The position numbers were made by a program, and so were the translations under genes. The notes below the pieces were generated by a model that searched no databases, was not told the DNA's origin, and saw only the letters and a program-made list of their open reading frames with translations. Source: a virus. From it: a stretch of 64,000 nucleotides of DNA. Numbering within the stretch: the stretch's first letter is position 1; each line of letters opens with the position of its first letter. Below, piece by piece: positions 8,979 through 16,159 of the stretch. Location of the stretch: positions 46,858 through 110,857 of the IMG/VR virus record IMGVR_UViG_3300011113_000257; one strand, written 5' to 3'.

Positions 8979-10010
8979 CTAAATCCTTGCTGGCTTGTAT
9001 TCCGCACCAAACACGCGAGACAGAACATCTGCCACGATTGGTCTGTCCATCTCTGGTGCAGAAGCAAGTAAGTTCGAGATACCAAACGGAACCCCGAATG
9101 TTGTAACGATGTCGCGGAACGCTAAAAGTTCGCGCATCTGTGGAGCCCACGAGACTTCACCAGACTCTTGTTTCTTAGCAAGATTCTGCGCAACAGTAAC
9201 GAGGTTGCTAGGTACACCTAAGGTGCGAGCAAGTGACCAGTCAGTTGCCATCTCTGCTTGAACAGTAAAGCGAGATAGTAAGGCTTCTGAAAGTCGTACT
9301 CCCGGAGCATTAGGGTTAGTTGCACCCACAACATAAAAGTCAGGGTGAACCTTAACAGTACCTCTGTCAGGATTAGCAGTGACAGTAATTTCGCCACGTC
9401 CATCCATCACGCCATACAAACCTGAAAGTTGCTTAGGGTCAATCAGACCAATCTCGTCAATGAACAAGACTGCACCTTCCTCTACTGCTCGCACAAGTGG
9501 ACCATCTACCCACTCGAAACCACCAGCAGGATTCTGTACGAACCCACCAAGGAAGTCTGACATTTCGATGTCAGCAGTTCCAAGTACTGTGTACATATTT
9601 CCACCAAACGCTGCTTCGACTAATGCAGTCTTACCAGTTCCCGGTGCGCCATAAAGCAACGCGAACATTGGCGAGCCAACTTTGTCTGTGACAGACAAGG
9701 TAGTTGCTTCACGAGCCTTGCGTAATGTTGCAACATCTTGATGTTCACCCCAAGTACGAGCGTGGTACACACTTCCATTTGGACGAATGTATTGACTACT
9801 ACTTGATTCAAGTGTGACACCTGATGTTGTAATTGGTGTCGCTACGCGAGCAACGCGAGGTGCGCGTTCTACGAAACGACCTTGTGGTAAAACCTGCGAG
9901 ATTACTCTCATAGATGCTTCTGTTGATACTGACTGCGCAACCATGTCGTCTAACATGGAAGTGAATTCAGTTCCCCACTTTGAATAAATTTCATTTTCTT
10001 TGATGCTCAT
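8979..10010 (-). CDS. MoxR/CbbQ/CobS-type AAA+ ATPase
   Basis: Walker A GAPGTGKT, WVDGPL, Walker B LFIDE, ATNP, ALLSRF. Confidence 0.9.
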   Translation of the reverse strand: MSIKENEIYSKWGTEFTSMLDDMVAQSVSTEASMRVISQVLPQGRFVERAPRVARVATPITTSGVTLESSSSQYIRPNGSVYHARTWGEHQDVATLRKAREATTLSVTDKVGSPMFALLYGAPGTGKTALVEAAFGGNMYTVLGTADIEMSDFLGGFVQNPAGGFEWVDGPLVRAVEEGAVLFIDEIGLIDPKQLSGLYGVMDGRGEITVTANPDRGTVKVHPDFYVVGATNPNAPGVRLSEALLSRFTVQAEMATDWSLARTLGVPSNLVTVAQNLAKKQESGEVSWAPQMRELLAFRDIVTTFGVPFGISNLLASAPEMDRPIVADVLSRVFGAEYKPARI

Positions 10011-10026
10011 AATTTTCAGTCCCTTT

Positions 10027-10494
10027 CTACGCTGTGAACATTTCTGGATAAGATAATGCAGTTCGAGTCTGGTTGATTCGATGCACGACCTTAGTTGGAG
10101 TCTTACCTTCTGTTACATCTGTCAAGTCTTTCTGTGAAACTTCCACAAAAAATGGCTTGCCAATAAGTACGCTACTAATTGAAACGCGCTTCATAAACCA
10201 CGCTAGTGTTTGAAGTCGCTCCTCGCGATGGTTCTCTGATGTAACCCCTGTTGCTGGGTCTACGAGACTACGCTGAAGTGCTTGCACCTTCCATTGTTTC
10301 TTTGGCTGTGATGCCGAAAGACGACGATAGTAGACACGCGCTGTCGAAAAATTTCCAAGTTCATTCCAACCATCTGGAGTAATGAACATCTGAAAAATCT
10401 GTTGGTATTCATTCTTGAATTCCGCGTACAAGGCTGTGCCCTGTACTTTCTTTTCTGGGTCTGTAAGCAGACCAAGAGGTGTTTCTGTTGACAT
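10027..10494 (-). CDS. hypothetical protein
   Basis: 155-aa ORF; promoter 10541-10569; SD GAAAGGA. Confidence 0.75.
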   Translation of the reverse strand: MSTETPLGLLTDPEKKVQGTALYAEFKNEYQQIFQMFITPDGWNELGNFSTARVYYRRLSASQPKKQWKVQALQRSLVDPATGVTSENHREERLQTLAWFMKRVSISSVLIGKPFFVEVSQKDLTDVTEGKTPTKVVHRINQTRTALSYPEMFTA

Positions 10495-10618
10495 AGTGAG
10501 TATTTCCTTTCTTTATGTCTTTTGTCCCTGTGACATTTCTAGTTTAGCATAACGCTATGATGGAGTCAAATCGGGGTAGGAGTATGTCTAAGGAGACCTA
10601 CCCCGACCTGACTTCTAA

Positions 10619-10951
10619 CTACTTAGCGACAATGATGTCGTAAGTAGAAACCTTTGAACAGGTTTCGTATGCTTCTGGATAAACTTCTTTCAGAAGCGTT
10701 GAGTCCACATTGGTGCGTGAACGTGGTGCAAGTTCCACTACTGGAAGCCCTGCGACAGTACCAACCTTGGCAGAACCAATTAGGTCACGAATTGCGCTGT
10801 CAAGTTCTGACTTTGCTTTTTCGAGTTCCTTGATTGCAAGTTTTGCGTTAGCAAAATCTGCAAGCAGGTTCGCGATGTTGGTGTTGTCCAATTCAACGGT
10901 GGACGTTTCCGTGACAACCTGTGTTGTCGTTACCTGTGTGCGTATGCTCAC
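10619..10951 (-). CDS. coiled-coil protein resembling the C-terminal part of YqaJ/Gp157-like phage proteins
   Basis: LAIKELEKAKSELDSAIR...VDSTLLKEVYPEAY; GTG start after SD GAAAGGGG. Confidence 0.55.
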   Translation of the reverse strand: MSIRTQVTTTQVVTETSTVELDNTNIANLLADFANAKLAIKELEKAKSELDSAIRDLIGSAKVGTVAGLPVVELAPRSRTNVDSTLLKEVYPEAYETCSKVSTYDIIVAK

Positions 10952-11265
10952 TTTGGCGATTCCCCTTTCAAGGAAAGTTCGATAGACCATCTAACGAACA
11001 GTTCTAACTTTACGCCCTACACCTGACATTTGTCAAATCGAGCGTTTCCACCCCGATTTCTCGGGCTGTTTTCGTTCATAGAACCAATGTAACACATTAC
11101 CCTGACATCCGCAAGTTTATTTGATAACGATTTGATAACGGACCGGGAACTGAAATTTTTTAGTTCCGGGTTGTTGAAGGCGGGCTCCAATAAAAAATTT
11201 CACTTTTGGGCAAAAAGAAACCCCCGTTCGAAACTCACTGGTTTCGATTTAACGGGGGTTGGTCT

Positions 11266-11454
11266 TTAGAGTTCTTGCTCCCACTTTTCGATGTCAAACA
11301 TTTCCCAGATTTCATCATCTGTGAAATTTTCCTTCAACCAAATAGCGGTGCGCTTTTGGACTACTGGGTTTTCGTCTACTGGCTTAGCAGTTCCGAAGAT
11401 GCTACCCATAAGGGCTTGGTATGCGTGTGCGTTTGCTTCATGCGGTTTGTTCAT
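11266..11454 (-). CDS. small hypothetical protein, leaderless
   Basis: ATG lies 6 nt after -10 TACCGT. Confidence 0.65.
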   Translation of the reverse strand: MNKPHEANAHAYQALMGSIFGTAKPVDENPVVQKRTAIWLKENFTDDEIWEMFDIEKWEQEL

Positions 11455-11915
11455 ACTCCTACGGTAACACGAGGCACTGACATTTCTTCAGGTGTCCAAA
11501 TGTAGGGGAGGTCACTTGGCGTATCGGGAAAAAATTCAGAGTAGTACTCAGGGGCTTTGCGCAAGAGATTCGAGCGGTGCGATTCGTGGAACCGTGAGTT
11601 CCCGATGAACCAAGGCAAGCCTTCGTACCGCTTACCTTGCACCGTTAGGTCTCGCATCTTCTCGATGAAGTACGGTAGCAGGTTGTCGACATACCCTCTC
11701 CGTTTCCACTCCAGCGACATTATTGAACCGTAGTACGCGAGTGCGAACTCGTGCCCACGCCACATCTTGGTCGCAGGGTGGTTGACCCAACCCGTTGTCT
11801 CGCCGTTGAGCGCCATCAGTATTTGCTTGGTCTCAACCCGTTGCTTCCCGAGCCGTCGGTAGTCCAATACCCTCGCCGTCTTTTCAAAATCGGCGTATGG
11901 CAGGAACGTCTGCAT
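11451..11915 (-). CDS. pyrimidine-dimer DNA glycosylase/endonuclease V-like protein (MSMEG_6728 family)
   Basis: MQTFLPY...LDYRRLGKQRVE...NHPATKMWRG...SHRSNLLRK...Y. Confidence 0.85.
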   Translation of the reverse strand: MQTFLPYADFEKTARVLDYRRLGKQRVETKQILMALNGETTGWVNHPATKMWRGHEFALAYYGSIMSLEWKRRGYVDNLLPYFIEKMRDLTVQGKRYEGLPWFIGNSRFHESHRSNLLRKAPEYYSEFFPDTPSDLPYIWTPEEMSVPRVTVGV

Positions 11916-12076
11916 TAGCCCTCGCCGTTCTCTCGAACTAGCGCGATGGCTCTCGCCATGCCTGCAGACCAACCGTCGTTAAACGCGACATCCGTCTCGT
12001 CCATTTCCTCAGCGTCCGTCATGTCTTCTTCGGTTACCCGTTCCCACTCCTCCATTAAAATTTCTAATAGTGTCAT
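11915..12076 (-). CDS. small acidic protein
   Basis: MTLLEILMEEW..., ATGA-coupled. Confidence 0.6.
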   Translation of the reverse strand: MTLLEILMEEWERVTEEDMTDAEEMDETDVAFNDGWSAGMARAIALVRENGEG

Positions 12077-12234
12077 GTGGTCACGCCCGCTAACGCCCAC
12101 GCCTTCTTGAGGTCGCGGTCGAAGTCGCGTTGCAACTTATCCCACGCCGTTTCGTCAAAAAGGATTGGGTGCGCCTCTTGCTTATTTCTGCTAAGCACTC
12201 GCCGTATAAAAGATTTCAGTTCCGTGTAGTTCAT
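12073..12234 (-). CDS. 53-aa hypothetical protein (not in ORF track)
   Basis: MNYTELKSFIRRVLSRNK...; SD AGGAGGAG, leader hairpin, TTGACA-17-TAAAGT promoter. Confidence 0.7.
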   Translation of the reverse strand: MNYTELKSFIRRVLSRNKQEAHPILFDETAWDKLQRDFDRDLKKAWALAGVTT

Positions 12235-12312
12235 GTTCTTGCTCCTCCTTTGTTTTGCGGGGCACGCCGTGTGCCTCGCCGTCGTGATGTATTAACTTTA
12301 TGATAAAAGTTT

Positions 12313-12597
12313 CTAGATGTCAAGCGCGTACTCTGGGAGTTCCATCCCTGCCCCAACTAACGCGCGCCGTATTAAACCTTGCTGACGCGAAGTTGTCTGC
12401 GAGTATTTATCTACGTTCAGATAAGTAACCTGACGTTTTTCTGTGTTTATACTAGCCATCCGTGTTGAGTAAGAGTAGATGTCGTAGATGATGTCGCCAC
12501 CAGCGTCGCACCATTTCGAGGCTCTCATGCTGTGACCGTGCTTGAATGGTTTGAATGCTGGAATAAATTCTTCTGCAATTTCTTTGTAACTAGGCAT
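12313..12597 (-). CDS. conserved phage hypothetical protein (YSYST...KYSQTTSRQQ type)
   Basis: 94-aa ORF; promoter 12640-12668. Confidence 0.75.
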   Translation of the reverse strand: MPSYKEIAEEFIPAFKPFKHGHSMRASKWCDAGGDIIYDIYSYSTRMASINTEKRQVTYLNVDKYSQTTSRQQGLIRRALVGAGMELPEYALDI

Positions 12598-12682
12598 TTT
12601 TATTTCCCTTCCCGTTGATGTGTCTCACCAACAAGAACCATTCTATCATACCAACCTGACATTCGCAACTTAAGGCACGCCA

Positions 12683-13036
12683 TTAGATTTCTTCAGTGTC
12701 TTCCATTAGTTCAGGAAGATTTTCCTCAACCATCTCCCAGAAGGTATCAAAAATTTCGATATTCTCTCGAACCTCTTCAACGGGTGCATCGTATTCAATG
12801 GTAACGATTTCGTGGACGTGCTCTTCGTCTTCCTCAACGTGGTGAGTTCGAAACACATAGTCACCGTCTTCGGTGATTAGGTAATTAATAAACATCACGG
12901 AGCACTCAGATGTGAGCGCGACTTGGTATGTCTCGGTTAGGGGGTCGTAGATAGGACAGCAAGCAGAAATGATGTCGTGCATGTAGTGCCCTTTTTTGAT
13001 GACACGGCTTGGGTGAATGTTGTTCGGTTTGTTCAT
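12683..13036 (-). CDS. very acidic hypothetical protein, leaderless
   Basis: ATG at 13036 lies 6 nt after -10 of promoter 13043-13071. Confidence 0.7.
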   Translation of the reverse strand: MNKPNNIHPSRVIKKGHYMHDIISACCPIYDPLTETYQVALTSECSVMFINYLITEDGDYVFRTHHVEEDEEHVHEIVTIEYDAPVEEVRENIEIFDTFWEMVEENLPELMEDTEEI

Positions 13037-13270
13037 ACTAGCAGTATTGCACATCCGTCTGACATTTCCAAATCGGGCTCAGGGCACACCGTTTAAAAAA
13101 TTTCAGTTTTGAGTTTGCACGGATGGATTTTGCGGTCCTAGCCCGGAAAATATAAAAAGGAGGCGGGTGGCCTGGGCGGCTCTTCCAGGCTAAGCGGTTT
13201 AACCGTTTAAAAGATTGCGTCAACAATCAGGGCGGCTAGAATAAGCGCCCCGAGAAATGCAAAAGGAAAT

Positions 13271-13438
13271 TTAAACTCGCTCATCGGTCATCTCGGCGGT
13301 CAGCATCTTAACCAGTTCCGTTGCGCGGTTGGCTCTTGCGGTTACGCGGATGTGCTCTTCGCGGGTCTTCGCAAGCGGGATGTCTGCGGTTAGGTCACGG
13401 GCTAATTCTTCGGCGACTGCTAATAAGTTATTTGTCAT
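13271..13438 (-). CDS. small hypothetical protein
   Basis: Overlaps the end of the upstream gene. Confidence 0.55.
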   Translation of the reverse strand: MTNNLLAVAEELARDLTADIPLAKTREEHIRVTARANRATELVKMLTAEMTDERV

Positions 13439-14411
13439 CAGGGCTCGCCGCCTGGTCTTCTGAGGCTGCATCCGTTATTATATTTTCCGGGCGGTCATCA
13501 GGATTGGATACAATCACGGCATCCGTTATCTCGTAGGTGGCTACATCCGTTGGTGTTTCTTCCGGGGACAGGACGCTATAAACGCTCGCCGCTCCTGCAG
13601 CAAGCCGTTGCAATCTTTCAGCAACAATGACATGTGGCGGTCGCGCATCGTTGACTTCGACATCAACGCTAAGTTCCATTCCTCCGCGCACGCCCGCACG
13701 GTCGAGAATCTCCGTCGCCGCTTTTAACTTAACGGGTTCAGACTCAGCGTTCTCCATCATATCTTCTAGAACGTCGACTGCATACGGTGCGGCTTGGATG
13801 AGTTTGCGTCTCGCCCGTTCTACATCTTCGCCCGGTTTGCGGACGGACTTTAAGTGGGCTCGGCACAAGCCGTCATCTTTGAGGCGACCAGATGCCCACA
13901 ACATACAGCGCAAGCCGTCATCCTTGATAGTTCGGCATCGCGTCGGGAGAACTGCGGGTTGCTTTCTTTCGCTCGCCGTTGGTTCGTTTTGTTCCGCTAC
14001 CCACTTACGGGTCGCGCCGATAACCCAAGGCGGAGAAATCTTCATGGCGTTGTCATCAAGCAGGAGGTCAACACCCGTTAGGTAATCTGAATTATTATTT
14101 GAACCGTCAACTAAAAGCGGTCGCTTCTCAACGAGTGAGAGGACACGCCGTTCGCGCATTGCCTCTGGAGACCGTGCGGCTATCATACCCGTTGGGTTAC
14201 CCGTTGCGTCGTAAACGGAATCCCAGTTGTAATGGGCTCGCCGTAATAGGGAGCGGTTGTCGTAGGTGTCGTCGCACACGCCCCGTTCGTGCTCTATGAT
14301 ACCGAGTTCGGAAAGGTCGGGGCGTAGGTCTAGCGGTGTATCAAGGCGTGGCGCTCTATCCGTTGGGTCATCTTTGGGACCCTCGGAATCAAACTTTATA
14401 ACTTCTGTCAT
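13428..14411 (-). CDS. putative terminase small subunit-like DNA-binding protein
   Basis: C-x9-C...C-x2-H finger (RCRTIKDDGLRC...LCRAH) followed by helical AESEPVKLKAATEILDRAG motif seen in actinophage TerS-like proteins. Confidence 0.5.
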   Translation of the reverse strand: MTEVIKFDSEGPKDDPTDRAPRLDTPLDLRPDLSELGIIEHERGVCDDTYDNRSLLRRAHYNWDSVYDATGNPTGMIAARSPEAMRERRVLSLVEKRPLLVDGSNNNSDYLTGVDLLLDDNAMKISPPWVIGATRKWVAEQNEPTASERKQPAVLPTRCRTIKDDGLRCMLWASGRLKDDGLCRAHLKSVRKPGEDVERARRKLIQAAPYAVDVLEDMMENAESEPVKLKAATEILDRAGVRGGMELSVDVEVNDARPPHVIVAERLQRLAAGAASVYSVLSPEETPTDVATYEITDAVIVSNPDDRPENIITDAASEDQAASPDDK

Positions 14412-14526
14412 GCCTCGCCGTTCAATAAAAAATTTCAGTTATCGTCTCACAATGTGGAACGATTGCTCGCCGTTAAAAAATTTCAGTTTTGCGGGCGGGG
14501 AAGCCGCCGCTGCCTGGAAGTTGTAA

Positions 14527-14742
14527 CTATTTTTTCTTGGGGGCGGGAGTCGCCGTCTTCTTTTTGGCAGGTGCCTTTTTAGCCGGGGCTTTCTTGGCTG
14601 GTGCCTTTGTTGCGGATGGTGCAACAACTGGGGCTGGGGCTGGGGTGGTGTCTAGGAAACGACCCTTTTTGTCGCGTGGCATTTTCTCGGCGGCTTTGCG
14701 TCGTGCGCGGGAGCCAAGAAGTTCTTTTAATTTTTTAAGCAT
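14527..14742 (-). CDS. basic histone-like (PAKK-repeat) protein
   Basis: KAPAKKAPAKKAPAKKK. Confidence 0.7.
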   Translation of the reverse strand: MLKKLKELLGSRARRKAAEKMPRDKKGRFLDTTPAPAPVVAPSATKAPAKKAPAKKAPAKKKTATPAPKKK

Positions 14743-14755
14743 TGGGAGTTCCGTT

Positions 14756-14977
14756 CTAGTTCTTTGTGATGGAGGCGGAGTTTGAGTCGCCGACCTGTGT
14801 GGATGCGATACTGGACAAAACGGACAAAAGGGCAGCGCCGAGGGAAACCTTTAGGGTGTCTACGGTTGCGATGGTAAAGATGCCAGCCATGTCTGAACCG
14901 ACAAGGGCAATGAAGGTTTGGGCAAAGGTTTTAATCGCTCTTTCGGCGAGGTCGTTCAAGAACTTTTTATTATACAT
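14756..14977 (-). CDS. holin, r1t-type
   Basis: DLAERAIKTFAQTFIAL...GAALLSVLSSIAS; two TM segments. Confidence 0.85.
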   Translation of the reverse strand: MYNKKFLNDLAERAIKTFAQTFIALVGSDMAGIFTIATVDTLKVSLGAALLSVLSSIASTQVGDSNSASITKN

Positions 14978-15198
14978 AAAATGTCTCCGTTGTCAAATCC
15001 AGCGTGTGTATCTTTTATAACGATTAGATAACAAGATGATAACGGTTTAAATCTCGGACGATTTTTTTGGCGCGTGGAGAGAGTGGCGAGCCGTTTTGCC
15101 CCTTCTATAAAGAGAACCCCATAAAATAAGGGTTTTCTAGTAACTAAGTATTATACACTTTTAGCCCTAAAAAAGTGTTTATATTTGGGCGTGTCGCA

Positions 15199-15294
15199 TC
15201 ACTTTTCTGGGTTCAGAACTGCCCAGACTGCCCAAGCACAGACTCCAACACCGATAGCCAATCCGACAACTAATCCAACTAGAAACTCAAACAT
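15199..15294 (-). CDS. 31-aa single-TM protein (not in ORF track)
   Basis: MFEFLVGLVVGLAIGVGVCAWAVWAVLNPEK*, TAATG-coupled. Confidence 0.65.
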   Translation of the reverse strand: MFEFLVGLVVGLAIGVGVCAWAVWAVLNPEK

Positions 15295-15767
15295 TAGACT
15301 TCCTCTCTACATTCCTGACATAATAAAGCATCATACCCTGTTGCGTATGACGTGGCGTGTCCGCTCTTAGTTACAGGAACGGGAGTCACAATCTCGTCAA
15401 CTTTTCCGCATCTGTCGCACTTCAAATCAACAATCCATTCTGCTGATTTACCTGACATTATCAAGGCACTCAATCCGCGACTCAAGGCGTGCATAGCCCC
15501 ACCACCCACAGTCCTGCGTAGGAATGCGCGAGTATCGTCAACTTCTAGAACTGCTCTAGGAGATTTGCAAGGGCAGTCCAACCGAGAAGGCTTACACATA
15601 ATTTCCCCAGCAATTTCCTTATGTCGTGACATTCCGTGCCCACAGATACAGATTCGGCTATCCCTGACTTTTCCCCTCTGCTTGTGAGCATTGTCGGTTA
15701 TTACTGCCATATCAGGGTCAACCCCAATGGCTATCAAAGCATTTCTTGCACTGTCGTCAGTCGTCAT
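15294..15767 (-). CDS. Cys/His-rich Zn-binding protein
   Basis: CICGH..RH...C...CPC; CDRC...CQEC. Confidence 0.75.
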   Translation of the reverse strand: MTTDDSARNALIAIGVDPDMAVITDNAHKQRGKVRDSRICICGHGMSRHKEIAGEIMCKPSRLDCPCKSPRAVLEVDDTRAFLRRTVGGGAMHALSRGLSALIMSGKSAEWIVDLKCDRCGKVDEIVTPVPVTKSGHATSYATGYDALLCQECREEV

Positions 15768-15960
15768 AATTTTCCATTTCTTTGGATAGGTTTTCCGCAA
15801 TCTCGATAAAAGTCATTTCATCCTCGATGCTCTTTTTTAACTCGGAGTAGAGCCCTAGCATGGCTTGCGTTTTCTTAAAATTAAGGTATGATGTATAGCC
15901 CACCACAGCCAGTCCTGCACCCAAAAAGGCACTCAGTCCTACGAGCAAATATTCCATCAA
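15757..15960 (-). CDS. small membrane protein
   Basis: N-terminal hydrophobic helix. Confidence 0.65.
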   Translation of the reverse strand: MMEYLLVGLSAFLGAGLAVVGYTSYLNFKKTQAMLGLYSELKKSIEDEMTFIEIAENLSKEMENYDD

Positions 15961-16152
15961 CTAATCCCCATCTCTAGTCTCCAACAATACTTCCTTAACC
16001 CCGTGACTGTCAAGCAGTGACTTCACAACTTCCTTAGCCTTGACTTCCCATCTGTCTTTTTCTTCCTGACTTAAATCATTCATACCATTTGGGAACCAAT
16101 ATCTCAGGGTATCGTCCACGAAATTCTCGTAGGCTCGCTTCATCCGACTCAC
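15961..16152 (-). CDS. small hypothetical protein
   Basis: GTG start with SD AAGGAG. Confidence 0.65.
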   Translation of the reverse strand: MSRMKRAYENFVDDTLRYWFPNGMNDLSQEEKDRWEVKAKEVVKSLLDSHGVKEVLLETRDGD

Positions 16153-16159
16153 ACTAACT

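Larger units (their letters stand above)
1..13071 (-). promoter_or_regulatory. family of about 19 sigma-A-type early promoters sharing the spacer motif ATGTCAGG right after -35
   Basis: e.g. 504-532 TTGCGA-atgtcaggctaatgcgc-TACAAT; 2159-2187; 3289-3317; 3720-3748; 4317-4345; 5466-5495; 5963-5991; 6321-6350; 11007-11036; 12640-12668; 13043-13071. Confidence 0.85.
57..14488 (+). repeat. dispersed 14-mer AAAAAATTTCAGTT
   Basis: Exact at 57, 2229, 4383, 6039, 6899, 13095, 14427, 14475; inverted at 3349, 11148; near-exact at 6938, 11192, 12208. Confidence 0.9.

Noticed and set aside
6738-9691. Many plus-strand ORFs antisense to the VWA and AAA genes (also opposite 13428..14411, nrdJ, polA)
   Set aside because: Shadow ORFs of well-supported genes, with no RBS or motifs
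7033-10010. cobS/cobT as cobalamin biosynthesis genes
   Set aside because: No cobN or other cob genes are present; the motifs support only a generic MoxR-VWA pair, so no gene symbol was given
10523-10540. TGACATTT downstream of a -10 as a displaced ATGTCAGG box
   Set aside because: Better explained as the stem of the ACAGG pentaloop hairpin
1-14488. Dispersed repeats read as a CRISPR array or integron attC cassettes
   Set aside because: Spacing is irregular (0.3-2 kb), the intervening DNA is genes, the repeats are promoter elements, and no cas1/2 or integron integrase is present; the Cas4-like gene sits in an ordinary recombination module
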